Assembly (NCBI GenBank): GCA_951406725.2
Contig: OX597827.1
Span: 33,418,001 to 33,482,000 of the forward strand
Length of the DNA stretch: 64,000 nucleotides
Source of the DNA: Octopus vulgaris
Lineage: Eukaryota
Reading direction: 5' to 3'
Shown here one piece after another: positions 1 to 13,295 of this stretch. Position 1 is the stretch's first letter, and the number at the start of each line of letters is the position of its first letter. Below the pieces are notes generated by a model. It did not search any database and had not been told where the DNA came from. It was given only the letters and a program-made list of their open reading frames with translations. A program made the translations under genes and the position numbers.

Positions 1-81
1 TGTCGAAGTAATCGTGTACAAGAAAGAAGACGAAGACACGACGAACCCTATAGCCCTAACACTAAACCTCACGCTAAGACA

Positions 82-198
82 CATACATGCATGCATGCAT
101 GCATACATACATACATACATACATACATACATACATACAAACATACATACATACATACATACATACATACATACATACATACATACATACACACATAC
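82..198. repeat. (CATA)n microsatellite
   Basis: Direct tandem ACAT/CATA run; explains the HTYI/MYVC ORFs. Confidence 0.95.
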
Positions 199-1145
199 AT
201 ATAGATACACACGCAATACACACGTGCGCACACGTACAAACGCCCAACACAAACACGTACACGCACACATACACCTTATCGAAAACAATACACTACACAC
301 ACACATGCAGATATATAGATATATCCACAAACACGTGTGCGTGTATTAAAGAAAAATACATGAGATAATTTTATATTTTGTCAGACTTTATGTTCCGAGT
401 TCTAATACCGTCTGATTCGGCTTCACCCCCAAACCCTTGGGTCCATACATTATTCCAGCCACATTTCAGATATTTCAAGGCAAAAATATCACTTAAAAAT
501 TCAAAAATATAAATTCCTTTGTAAGGGAAGTAACATCTAAGATTTGTGAAAATACCAAGACTTCTTTTCAAGTTACCTCCCTTGCAATCAAGAAAAACAA
601 CTCTTGCCATGACACGTGTGTAAATATAATCCCCCTTTGAAAACGATGGTCATAATTATAAACATCTTTATACCCAATTAAATGGGTTAAGAACTTGCCC
701 GTCTCTCATGGATACATTGAATCGTTTCCTTTCTAGACAACACAACGTAATAGTTTTCCCTTTTTCCAATCGATGTCAATATGAAGCAGATAACATCGCT
801 TCGATATGTTTCCGTCGTGATGCCTACATTTCCACACTTTTCTCCAATTCTGAATAATTGCGGATGAATAACATGAGGGTGGTACACACTTGTTTGGAGT
901 AAAAAATGTTTGTCAGTTGAAGGAGTGATGTACACAAATTAGCGACTCGTGAACTTCGCACATGACGGAACAGTCCCAGATATTCGTAGGATCAGGGCAC
1001 CGATGATATTAATGGAGCTGCTCTGAGCGGCACTCATTGTTATGTTGACCACTATGGCCATAAACTTAAACCTCACCCTAACACACATAAATACATACAC
1101 ACATGTACACGCGCGCAATATACATACGCACAAACATACCTGCGT

Positions 1146-2670
1146 GGGGTTGGGGTTGGGGTTGGGGTTGGAGTTGGGGTTAAGGTTAGGGTCATGGTCA
1201 GGGTCAGGGTTTGGGTAGAGTTAGGGTTAGGGTTAGGATTAGGGTTATGGTTAGGGTTTGGGGTTAGGGGTTGGGGTTGGGGTTGGGGTCAGGGATAGGG
1301 TTAGGGTTAGTGTTAGGGTTAAGGTTAGGGTTAGGGTTAGGGTTAGCGTTAGGGTTAGGTTTAGCGTCCGGGTTAGGGTTAGAGTTAGGGTTAGAGTTAG
1401 GCCTAGGGTTAGGGCTAGGGTTAGTGTTAGGGTAAGGCTTAGGGCTACGTTTAGGGCAAGGGAGTAGGGTTAGGGTTAGGGTTTAGGTTTAGGGTTACGG
1501 TTTGTGTTAGGGTCAGGGTTAGGGTTAGGGGTTAGGGTTTGGCTTAGGTTTAGGGTTCGGGTTAGGGGTTAGGGTTAGGTTTAGTGATAGGGTTTGGGTT
1601 AGGGCTAGGGGTTAGGGTAAGGGTTAGGGCTACGTTTAGGGTAAGGGAGTAGGGTTAGGGTTAGGGTATAGGTTTAGGGTTATGGTTGGTGCTAGGGTTA
1701 GGGTTAGGAGTTAGGCTTAGGCTTAGGCTTAGGTTTAGGGTTCGGGTTAGGGGTTAGGCTTAGGCTTAGTGATAGGGTTTGGGTTAGGGCTAGGGGTTAA
1801 GGTTAGGGTTAGAGGGTTAGGGTTAAGGTAAGGGTTAGAGTTAGGGTTAGGGGTTAGGGTTAGAAGTTTTGGTTAGTGTAAGGGTTAGGGTGAGGGTTAG
1901 GATTAGGGTTAAGGTTAGGGTTAGGATCAGCGTTAGGGTTAGGGGTTAGGTTTAGTGATAGGGTTTGGGTTAGTGCTAGGGGTTAGGGTTAGAGGTTTAG
2001 GGTTTGGATCTGGGTTAGGGTTAGGGTTAGGGGTTAGGGTTCGGGTTAGGGGTAGGGTTGGGGTTCGGCTTAGAGTTGGGGTTAGGGTGAGCATTAGAGT
2101 TTAGGGTTAGGGTTAGGGGTAGGGTTAGGGTTTTGGGATAGGGTTGGGGTTAGGGTTAGGGGTTGGGGTTAGGTTTATGGTTAGGGTTAGTGTTAGCTTT
2201 AGGGTTTGGGTTAGGGTTAGGGTTAGGGATAGGGTTAGGGTCAGGGTTATGGCTAGTGTTAGGGTTAGGGTTAGGGTTAGGTTTAGTTTTAGGGTTAGGA
2301 TTAGGGTTAGAGTTACGGTTAGGGTTAAAGATTAGCATTAGGGGTTAGGGTTAGCATTACGTTTACTTTTAGGATTAGGGTTACGGCTACGGTTAAGGTT
2401 AGGGTTAGGGTTAGTGTTAAGGGTAAGGGTTAGGGTTAATGTTAGGTTTAAAGTTAGGGTTAAAGGTTAGGATTAGTATTTAGGGTTAGGATTTGCGCTA
2501 GAGTTAGGGTTAAGGATTAGGGTTGGAGTTGGGTTTAGGGTTAGGGGTAGGTTTAGGGTTAGGATTAGGGTTAGGGTTAGGGTTAGATTTTTGGTTAGGG
2601 TGAGGGTTAGCGTTACGGTAAGGTTTAGGGTTAGGTTTAGTGTTAGGGTTTGGGTTAGGGTTAGGGTTAG
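1146..2670 (+). repeat. Degenerate interstitial telomeric repeat array (TTAGGG)n
   Basis: About 1.5 kb of TTAGGG with variants (TTTAGG, TTAGTG, TTGGGG). A higher-order unit of about 185 bp is visible: agggctacgtttaggg(c/t)aagggagtaggg at 1441 and 1626. Confidence 0.95.
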
Positions 2671-2739
2671 TGTATATATATAAATATATATAAATACATA
2701 TATATATAAATATATATAAAAACATATATATATAAATAC

Positions 2740-2771
<32 letters not shown>

Positions 2772-2772
2772 G

Positions 2773-2824
<52 letters not shown>

Positions 2825-2842
2825 TTTATATATATATGTATT

Positions 2843-2873
<31 letters not shown>

Positions 2874-2882
2874 GTATCTATA

Positions 2883-2933
<51 letters not shown>

Positions 2934-2957
2934 TGTATCTATATACATTTATATATA
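2671..2957. repeat. (TA)n-rich spacer at the telomere-repeat polarity switch
   Basis: Near-pure TA repeat lying between the G-strand and C-strand arrays. Confidence 0.95.
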
Positions 2958-5900
2958 AACCCTGATCCTAACCCCTAACCCTAGCCCTACCCCTAACTCT
3001 AACCCTACTCCTAACACTTACCCTAACCCTAACCATAAACCTAACCCTAAATCTAACACAAAACATAAACCTTAAGACTTAAGACATAACACTAACCCTA
3101 ACCCTAAACCTAACCCCAACCCTAACCCTAACCCAAACGCTAAACCTAACCCTAACACTAAACCTTACCCTAGCCCTAACCATAACCCTAATCCTAACAC
3201 TAATCCTACACTAAACCTAACACTAACCCTAACCCTTACTCAAACCTAGCCCTAAACCTAACCCTAACTCTAAACGCAAACGCTAAGCCTAACACTAAAC
3301 CTAACCTTAACCCTAACCCTAACCCAACACTAACCCTTACCCTAACCGCAATCCTAACACTTACCTTTACACAAATCCTAACACTAATCCTAACCCTAAC
3401 CCTAAACTTACCCTACACTAACCTAACCCTAACCCTAACCCTAACACCAAACCTAACCCTAACTCTAACACTAAACCTAATCCTAAACCTAACCGTAACA
3501 TTAACCCTAACTCTAACCCTAATTCAAACACTAGCCCTATCTGTAAACCTAACTCTAACCCTAACTCTAACCATAACCCTAACCTGAACCTTAACACTGA
3601 CACTCCCCTAACACTAACCCTAACCTTAACCCGAACCCTAACCCAAACCCTAACCCCTAACCCTAACCATAACCCTAACCCAAACCAAAACCCTAACACT
3701 AACACTACCCTAACCCTACCCTAAACTTAACACGAATACTAACCCTAAACATAGATCCTAAACCTAACCCTAAACCTAACCCTAAACCTAACCCTAACCC
3801 TAACCCTAAACCTAGCCCTAACCCTAACCTAAACCGAACCCCTAACGCTAACACTAACCCTAACCCTTACCCTAACCAAAACCCAAACCCTAACCCTAAC
3901 CCTAACCCTAATGCTAACCCAAACCCAAACCCTAAACCTAAACCTAACCCTAACACTAAACCTAACTCTAGCCCTAACCCGAACCCTAACCGTAACACTG
4001 GGCCTGGTCCTGGCCCTGGCCCTGGCCCTGGGCCTGGCCCAGGCCTTGTCCTGGGCCTGGTACTGGCCCTGGCCCTGGCCCCAAGGCCTGGCATTCACCC
4101 TGGCCTGGACCTGCGCCTGGCTGTGATCCTGGCTGGGGACCTGGCCTGGCACTGGCCGGACCCTGGCCCTGGGTCTGGCCCTGGGCCTGGTCCTGGCCCT
4201 GGCCATATCCGTGGCCCTGGCAGCTGGCCCTGGCCTCGGTGGACCGGGGCCCGGACCCGCCCTGGTTCGAGGGCCTGGCCCTGGCCTAACACTAAATCAA
4301 ACGCTAAACATGACACTAAGCCTAACACTAAACCAAGCCCTAACCGAAACCCTAACCCAACCCTAACCCTAACCCCAAACCCTAACACTAACCCTAACCC
4401 TAACCCTAACCCTAAACTTCAACCTAACCATAACCCTAACACTAAACCTAACCCTAACCCTAACCCAAACCATAAACCAAACCCTAATCCTAACCCTAAC
4501 CCTATCCGTAACCCTAACGCTAACCCTAACCCTTGCCCTAAACCTAACCCTAATCCTCACCCTAACACTAACCAAAACCCTAACCCTTACACAAACACTA
4601 ACACTAAACGTAACCCTAACCTTAACCCTAATTCAAAGCCTAACCCTAACCCTGGCCCTAACCCTAACATTAACCCTAACCCTAACACAAATACTGATGC
4701 TAACCATGACCCTAACCCTAACCCTAAACCTAACCCTAAACCTAACCCAAACCCTAACCCTAAACCTAAACCTAACCCTAACTCGGACCATAACCCTAAC
4801 CCTAAACCTAAACCTTGGCCTAAACCTAACCCTAATCGTAACCCTAACCCTAAACCTAACCTCAACCCAAACCCTAACCCGAACCCTCACCCTAACCCTA
4901 ACCCTAAACCTACCCCTAACCCGACAACTAACCCTAACCGTAACACAGAAACTAAACCTAACCCCTAAGGCTAACCCTAGCCCTACCACTCACCCTAAAC
5001 CTAACCCTGTCTCTAGACCAAACGCACAAACCTAACCCTAAACCTTACCCTAACCCTAACCCTGACCCTAAACCTAACACAAACCCTAACCCTAAACCTA
5101 ACCCTAAACCTAAACCAAACCCTAACCCTAACACTAACCCTGACCCTAACGCTAACTCTAAACCTAACCCTAACCCTCACCCTAAACCTAACCCTCACCC
5201 TAACACTAACCCAAACCCTAACCCTAAACATAACCCTAACCCTAAACCTAACCTAACCCTATCCATAACCCTAACCCTAACCCTAACCCGATCCCTAGAC
5301 CTAACACTTAAACCAAACCCTATCACTTACCCTAAACCTAACCCCGACCCTAACCCTAAACCTAAACTTAACCCTAACCCTAACCCTAACCCTAACCCTA
5401 ACCCTAACCCTAACTCTAACCCTAATCCTAACCCTTACCCTAAACCTAACCTTCACTCTAACCCTAACCCTAACGCTAGCCCTAACGCAAACCCTAAACC
5501 TAACCCTACCCCTAACATTAACACTAACCCTAACACTAACAGTACCCAAACCCTCACCCTTAACCCTTACCTACCCTATCCCTTGCCCTATCATTTACCC
5601 TAACACTTACCCTTGCCCAAAACCCTAAACCTAACCCTAACCCCAACCCTAACCGCTAACCCTAACCCTAGCGCTAAACTTAACGCTAGCCCTAACATAA
5701 ACCTGACACTAACCCTAACCTAACCCTTAATCCTAACCCTAACCCTAACACTAAACCTAACCTTAAAGCTAACCCTAAACCTAACCCTAACCCTAACCCT
5801 AAAGCTAACCCTAACCCTTACCCTAAACCTAACCGTAAACCTAATACTAACCCTAACCCTAACCCTAAACGTAACCTTAACCTTAACCCTAACCAGACTC

Positions 5901-7473
5901 CTAACCCTAACTCTAACATTAGCCCTAACCCAAACCCTAACCTTAACCCTATGCCTAACCCTAAACTTAAAACTAACCCTAAACCTACACCAAAACCTAA
6001 CCCTAGACATAACCTTAACCTAACGCTAACCCTAACCCTAACCATAAACCAAACCCTAGCCCTAACCCTAAACCTAACACTAATCCTAAACTTTAACATA
6101 ACCCTAACCCTAACTCTAACACTAACCTAACCCTAACCCTAACCCTTACCCGTACCCTAACCCTAAACCTAACCCAAACCCTAACTCTAACCCTAACCAT
6201 AACCCTAACCCTGAACATAACCCTAACCCTAACCCTTAACCTAACCCTAACCCTAACCCTAACGCTAACACTAAATCTAAACCCTAACCTTAGCCCTAAA
6301 CCTAACCTTAACCCTAACCCTAACCCTATCCGAAACCCTAACCCTACCCTAACCCTATAACTAACCCCAACCCTAAAACTAACCCTACCGTAACCCTAAC
6401 CCTAATCTAACCCTAACCCTAACACAAACCCTAACACTACCCTAACCCTAATCCTAACGCTAACCCTAACGTTAACGCTAGCCCTAACCCTAACCCTAAC
6501 CCTAACCCTAATCCAAACCCTAATCCTGACCCTAGCCCTTCACCCTAAACCTAGCCCTAAACCTAAACCTAACCCCTAACGCTAACCCTAACTCTAACCC
6601 TAACCCTAACCCTAGCCCTAACGCCAAACGCTTTCCCTAATCCTAACCCTTATAGCTAACGCTAACCCTAACCCTAACACTAATCCTAACCATAAACCTA
6701 ATCCTAACCTTATCTCCAACCCTAATCCTATCCCTAATCCTGACCCTAACACTAAACCCTATCCGTAGCCGAATCCTTACGCTAACCCTAACCCTAACCT
6801 TAAACCTAACCCTACCCTTTACCCTAAACCTAACCCTCGCCCTAACCCATACCCTAAACATAATCATAACTCTAACCCTTAACCTTAACCCTAACCCTAA
6901 CACTAACCCTAACCCTAAGCCTAACCAAAACCCTAACCCTAATGTAAACACCTTACCCTAACCCTAACCCTAACCGAAACCCTAACCCGAATTCTAACAC
7001 CTTACCCTAACCCTAACTCTAAATCTGAACCTAACCCTTCCATTAACCCTAACACTAACCCTAACTGTATACCTAATCCTAACCTTAACCCTAAACCTAA
7101 CCCTAACCCTAACTCCTAACCCTAACCCTAATCCTTAAACCTAACCGTAATGCTGACCCTAACCCTAACCCTAGCCCTAACCCTAACCCTAACACAAACC
7201 GTAACCCTAAACCTAAACCCAAACCCTAACCCTAACCCCACTCCCTTACCCTAAACGTAGCCCTAACCCTTACCCTAACACTAACCCTAACCCTAGACCT
7301 AACCCTAGTCCTAACACTAAGCCTAACCCTAACTCTAACCCTAACCCTAACCCTTACCCTAACCCTAACCCTAACCTTATCCATAACCCTAACCCTAACC
7401 CTACCCTAGACCCTAACCCTACCCTAGACCCTAACGCTAAGCCTAACCCTAACACTAACCCTTGCCCTAACCC
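2958..7473 (-). repeat. Degenerate telomeric array in opposite orientation, (CCCTAA)n on + strand
   Basis: About 4.5 kb of CCCTAA with variants CCTAAA, CACTAA and TCCTAA. Confidence 0.95.
3998..4286. repeat. (CCCTGG)n island inside the CCCTAA array
   Basis: Same 6-nt register as the flanks with AA replaced by GG. Confidence 0.9.
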
Positions 7474-10400
7474 TTGCTATTTCCTTCAATTTCCGGCAGT
7501 CTCCGTCAATCTCCGGCAAACTCCGGCAATTTCGCCAATCTCCGGTTAACTCCACCAATCTCCACAAATCTCCGGCAAACTCCGGCAAAGTACGCAAATC
7601 TCACTCTAGCGCCGCCTATCTCCGCCAATCTAACTCGAGCTCCGCCTATCTCACTATATCTCCGCCTATATCACTCTATCTCCGCCTATCTCACACTATC
7701 TCCGCCTATCTCCACCAATCTCACTCTATCTACGCCTATCTCACTTTATCTCACTCCCAGGTGTTTTAACACCCAGCACTTTTGGGAAATCTCCCAAAAT
7801 GCTATTCCGCCTATCTCCACCAATCTCTGAAAATCTCCGACAATAACCGCCTATCTCACTCTGTCTCCCCCTATCTCACTCTATCTACCGCCTATCTCAC
7901 TCTATCTCCATTAATCGCCGCCAATCTCACTCTATCTCCGCCTATCTCACTCTCTCTAAATATCTTAACACCCAGCATTATTGTCATATCTCCCAAAATG
8001 CTATTCCGCCTATCTCCGCCTATCTCCGCATATCTCCGCGCATCTCCGCGTTTCTCCGCCAATCTCCGCCAATCTCACTCTTTCCCTCTCTCCCAGGTGT
8101 TTTAACACCCAGCATTATTGGGAATTCAACCCCAAATGTGATTCCGCAAATCTCCGCAATCTCCAGCAATCTCCGGTAATCTCAGTTAATTTCCAGTTAT
8201 CTCCAGCAATCTCCAGCAATTTCCGGCAAACTCCGGCAATCTCCGACAAACTCCGCCCATCTCACTCTATTTCCGCCTATCTCTGCCAATCTCACTCTAT
8301 CTCCACCTATCTCACTCTATCTCACACTCTGCCTGGTGTTTTAACGCCCAGCATTATTGGGAAATCTCCCAAAATGCTATTCCTACAATCTTCGGCTATC
8401 TCTGGCTATCTCCGGCTATCTCTGGCTATCACCGGCAATCTCCCGTAAACTCTGGCAATCTCCGGCAATCTCTGGCTATCTCCGGCAATCTCCGGCAATC
8501 TCCGGCAATCTCCAGCAATCTCCAGCAATCTCCGGTAATCTCAGTTGATCTCCAGTTATCTCTGGCAATCTCTGGTAATCTCCGGCTATCTCTGGCAATC
8601 TCCCGTAAACTCCGGCAATCTCCCGTAAACTCTGGCAATCTTCAGCAATCTCCGGCAAAATACGGCAATCTCCGGCAAACTCCGCCTATCTCCACTAAAT
8701 CTCCAGCAAACTCCACCAATCTCCGGCAAACTCCGCCACACTACACCAATCTCATTCTAGCTCCGCCTATCTCCGCCAATCTAACTCCGTCTTTGCGACT
8801 ATCTCATTCTATCTCCGCCAGTCTCACTATATCTCCGCCTATCTCACACTATCTCCGCCTATCTCACTCTCTCTCCACCTATCTACGCCTATCTCACTCT
8901 ATCTCCGCCTATCTCACTCTATCTCCGCCTATCTCCGCCTATCTCACCAATCTATCTCCGCCTATCTCACCAATCTATCTCCGCCTATCTCACTCTATCT
9001 CCGACTATCTCCAACAATCTCCGCAATCTCCAGCAATCTCTGGTAATCTCAGTTAATCTCTGGTTATCTCCGGCAATCTCCAGCAATCTCCGGCAAACTC
9101 CTGCAATCTCCAACAAACTCCGCCCATCTCACTCTATCTCCACCTATCCCAGGTGTTTGAACACCCAGCATTATTGGAAAATCTCCCAAAATGCTATTCC
9201 ACCAATCTCTGCCAATCTCAATCTATCTCCACCTATCTCCGGCTATCTCAGCCTATCTCACTATCTCTCTCACTCTCTCTTTCTCTCTCTCTCTCTTCCA
9301 GGTGTTTTAACACCCAGCATTGGGAAATCTCCCAAAATGCTATTCCGCCTATCTCACTCTCTCCCAGGTGTTTTTTGACACACAGCATTATTGGGTAATC
9401 TCCCAAAATGCTATTCCGCCTATTTCTGGCAGTCTCTGGCTATCTGCGGCAATCTCCGGCTATCTCCGGCTATCTCTGGCTATCTCCATCAATCTCTGGC
9501 CATTTCTGTCAATCTTGCCAATCTCACTATTTCACTCTCTCACAGATGTTTTAACACCCAGCATTATTGGGAAATAACCCAAAATGCTATTCCGCCAATC
9601 TCACTCTATCTCACTCTCTCCCAGGTGTTTTAACATGCAGCATTATTGGGAAACCGCCCAAAATGCTATTCCACTAATCTTCGCCTATCCCACTATCTCC
9701 CTCTCTCCCAGGTGTTTTAAAGCCCAGCATTACTGGGAAATCTCCCAAAATGCTATTCCGCCAATCTCTGCCTATCTCCGCCAATCTCCACCAATCTCCG
9801 CCTATCTCCCTCTATCTCTCTCTCTCCCAGGTGTTTTAATATCCAGCATTATTGGGAAATCTCCAAAAATGCTATTCCGCCTATCTCTGCCTATCTCACT
9901 CTCTCCCTCTCTCCCAGGTGTTTTCACACCCAGCATTATTGAGAAATCTTCCATAATACTATCTCGCTTATCCCCGATAATCTCCAGCAATCTCCGGCTA
10001 TCTCTGGCCATCTCCGGCAATCTCTTGCATTCGACGGTAATCTCTGGCAATCCCTGCCAATCTCACTCTATCTTACTCTCTACCAGGTGTATTAACACCC
10101 AGCATTATTGGGAAATCTCCCAAAATGCTATTAAGCCAATCTCCGCCAATCTCACTCTATCTCCGCCTATCTCACTCTCTCCCAGGTGTTTTAACACCCA
10201 GCATTATTGGGAAATATCCCCAAATTCTATTCCACCCATCTCCGCCTATCTCACTCTCTCCAAGGTGTTTTAATACCCAGCATTATTGGGAAATCACCCA
10301 AAATGCTATTCCGCCAATCTCACTCTATCTCTACCTATTGCACTCTATCTCACTCTCTCCCAGGTGTTTTAACACACAGCATTTTTGGGAAATCTCCCAA

Positions 10401-12301
10401 AATGCTATTCCGCCAATCTCCACCTATCTCTGTCAATCTCCGCCATTCTCCGCCTATCTCACTATCTCCCTCTCTCCCAGATGTTTTAAAACCCAGCTTT
10501 ATTGGAAAATCTCCCAAAATTCTTTTCCGCCTATCTCCGGCAATCTCTGCCTATCTCACTCTATCTCCGTCTATCTCCGCGTAGCTCCATCTTTCTCACT
10601 CTCTCCCAGGTGCTTTAATACCCAGCATTATTAGGAAATCTCCCAAAATGCTATTCCACCTATCTCTGCCTATCTCACTCTCTCCCTCTCTCCCAGCTGT
10701 TTTAACACCCAGCAATATTGGGAAATCTCCCAAAATGCTGTCCGTCTATCTCCCAGGTGTTTTAACACCTAGCATTATTGGGAAATCTCCCAAAATGCTA
10801 TTTCGCCTTTCTCCGCCTATCTCCCAGGTGTTTTCACACGCAGCATTATTGGGAAATCTCCCAAAATGCTATTCCACTTATCTCTGGCAATCTCTGGCTA
10901 TCTCCGTCTATCTGCAGCAATCTCTGGTCATCTCCCGCTATCTCCAGCAGTCTCCAGCAATCTACGGTAATCTCCGGCAATCTCTGGCAATCTCCAGCTA
11001 TCTCCGGCAATCTCTGCCAATCTCACTGTCTCCCAGGTGTTTTAACACCCAGCATTATCGGGAAATCTCCCAAAATGATATTACGCCAATCTCACTCTAT
11101 CTCCGCCTGTCTCACTCTATCTCACTCTCTCCCAGGTGTTTTAACACCAAGCATTATTGGGAAATCTCCCCAAATTCTATTCTGCCCATCTCCTCCTATC
11201 TCTACCTATCTCTACCTATCTCCGGCTATCTCTGCCTATCTCACTCTCTCTCTCTCTCTCCCAGGTGTTTTTATACCCAGCATTATTGGGAAATCTCCCA
11301 AAATGCTATTCCACCTATCTCACTCTCTCCCTCTCTCCCAGGTGTTTTGACACCCAGCATTATTGGGAAATCTCCCAAAATCTATTCCACCTATCTCCGC
11401 GCATCTCCCAGGTGTTTTAACACCCAGCAATTTTGGGAAATCTCACAAAATGATATTCCGCCTATCTCCGGCAATCGCCAGCTATCTCCAGCAATCTCCG
11501 GCAATCTCCGGCTATCTCAGGCTATCTCCGCCTATCTCCAACTATCTCCGGCAATCTCACTCTATCTCACTCTCTCCCAGGTGTTTTAACACCCAGCCTT
11601 ATTGGGAAATCTCCCAAAATGCTATTCCGCCTATCTCCCAGGTGTTTTAATACCCAGCAGTATTGGGAAATCTCCCAAAATGCTATTCTGCCAATCTCTG
11701 CCTATCACCACCTATCTTCGACAATCTCTGCCTTTCTCACTCTCTCCCTCTCTTCCAGGTGTTTTAACACCCAGCATTATTGGTAAATCTCCCAAAATGC
11801 TATTCCGCCTATCTCCGCCAATCTCCACCTATCTCCGCCAATCTCTACCTATCTTACTCCATCTCACTCTCTCCCTCTCTCCCAGCATTTTTGGGAAATC
11901 TCCCAAAATGCTATTCCGCCTATCTCATCCAATCTCTGCCAAATTCTCGCCAATCTCCGCCTATCTCACTCTATGTCCGCCTATCTGCATCTATCTCACC
12001 CTCTCCCAGGTGTTTTAATATCCAGCATTATTGGGAAATCACCTAAAATGCTATTCCTCCTATCTCCGCCTATCTCACTCTCTCCCAGGTGTTTTAACAT
12101 CCAGCATTATTGGGAAATCTCCTAAAGTGCTATTCCTCCTATCTCTGCCTGTCTCATCCAATCTCTGCCAATCTCCGCTAATCTCCACCTATCGCTGCCT
12201 ATCTCACTCTCTCTCCGCCTATCTCCACCTATCTCTGCCTATCTCCATCTATCCTACTCTCTCCCAGGTGTTTTAATACCCAGCATTATTGGGAAATCTC
12301 C
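7474..12301. repeat. Subtelomere-like satellite: 10-mers (ATCTCCGGCA / ATCTCCGCCT / ATCTCACTCT) with about 30 copies of a ~57-bp module
   Basis: Module CTCCCAGGTGTTTTAACACCCAGCATTATTGGGAAATCTCCCAAAATGCTATTCCGCC recurs from ~7755 to ~12300. Confidence 0.92.
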
Positions 12302-12363
12302 TGTCATCGTTGTCGTCGGAAAAATATATTAGGAATAAGAACCCAGGTTCGAAATTTCCCCAA

Positions 12364-12409
12364 GACACCTGATGAAGTCTGCAGGGTATGTCAACTGAAA
12401 CGTTGTGTT
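12364..12409 (+). ncRNA. Minimal type I hammerhead ribozyme motif (Penelope-like)
   Basis: GACAC-CTGATGA-stem II (agtctg..caact)-GAAA-C-GTT-GTGTT. Stem I is GACAC/GTGTT and stem III is the palindrome ACGT. Confidence 0.75.
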
Positions 12410-13295
12410 AACAACAAACAAGATGAGAACAAATATCCGTCAAATGTAAATGATGTAAATAATGTACATAATTCTTCATCTTTTAGATACAAGTTCTTTT
12501 TTTTTTTGAAAGTTACAGAAAATTTATTTGTTCATTTTGCCCAAAACTTTGTAGCTCTGGGTTTATTTGGTTATTTTTAAAAACTGTTCCCACAGAAGTT
12601 ATACTGAATAATCTAGCTCTAGTTTCTTTGTTTAATATTTTAAATTAATATATTTCAGTTTTAAATGAGGATCATTATATTAATTTCTTATGCTATTTCA
12701 AATACTTAGGGCAATCTTGTCTCTTTGATTGCCAAACTAAGATAACAAGTGACTTTGATAACTGACTGAAAATGGAAGTTAGTCTACATTAAATCTGTTG
12801 GCATATTATGGTGGTCGATTTTTTTTTTTTTTTTTTAGTAAGCTCATCCTGCTGGTTAATGGCATTACAATTTCGAATGCTATAAACTTTTATGTAACTC
12901 TTTGAAAAGTTATGTCTGAAATTCCATAACTTCAAATCTTGCAGTGACAGTGCTTCCTGCTGTAGTCAAAATATCCAGTCATTGTTCCAGCTAGTTAAGG
13001 TCCTCAAAGCATCCTGGCTAGCACTATACCTCACCAGTGGTACTAATGTTCCTTGTCAGTTATTAACTGTGTACATCTCACACAAAGAATATATCCTTTA
13101 GATTTCCATTTAGAAGTCAAATCCAGTATTTCATGCTGCCTCCACAAATCACCTCACTAGATGAGTTGTTATATATCCATGTAAATATGAATACTAAATG
13201 ATATAGCACTTTCTATTTTGTAACCTACTATATACATTTATTAAAAAAGTTATAGCCAAAATAACATTTAAATGAAAAAGTAGATGCCTCTTATA

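Noticed and set aside
371-1133. Short minus-strand ORFs as a host gene
   Set aside because: No recognisable motif and no consistent splice structure.
1258-6951. Long ORFs rich in LG, RV or NP, including the 281-aa ORF at 4123
   Set aside because: These are translations of telomeric hexamers, not genes.
1146-7473. Functional chromosome end
   Set aside because: The repeats are highly degenerate, internal, and flanked by non-telomeric DNA on both sides.
7474-12276. Up to 313-aa ORFs with SPRCFNTQHYWEISQNAIPPIS repeats
   Set aside because: All three frames are open in turn and frames switch freely, as expected for a pyrimidine-rich satellite.
7755-12301. CRISPR array (palindromic repeat plus variable spacers)
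   Set aside because: The spacers are themselves 10-mer tandem repeats of very variable length, there are no cas genes, and the context is eukaryotic.
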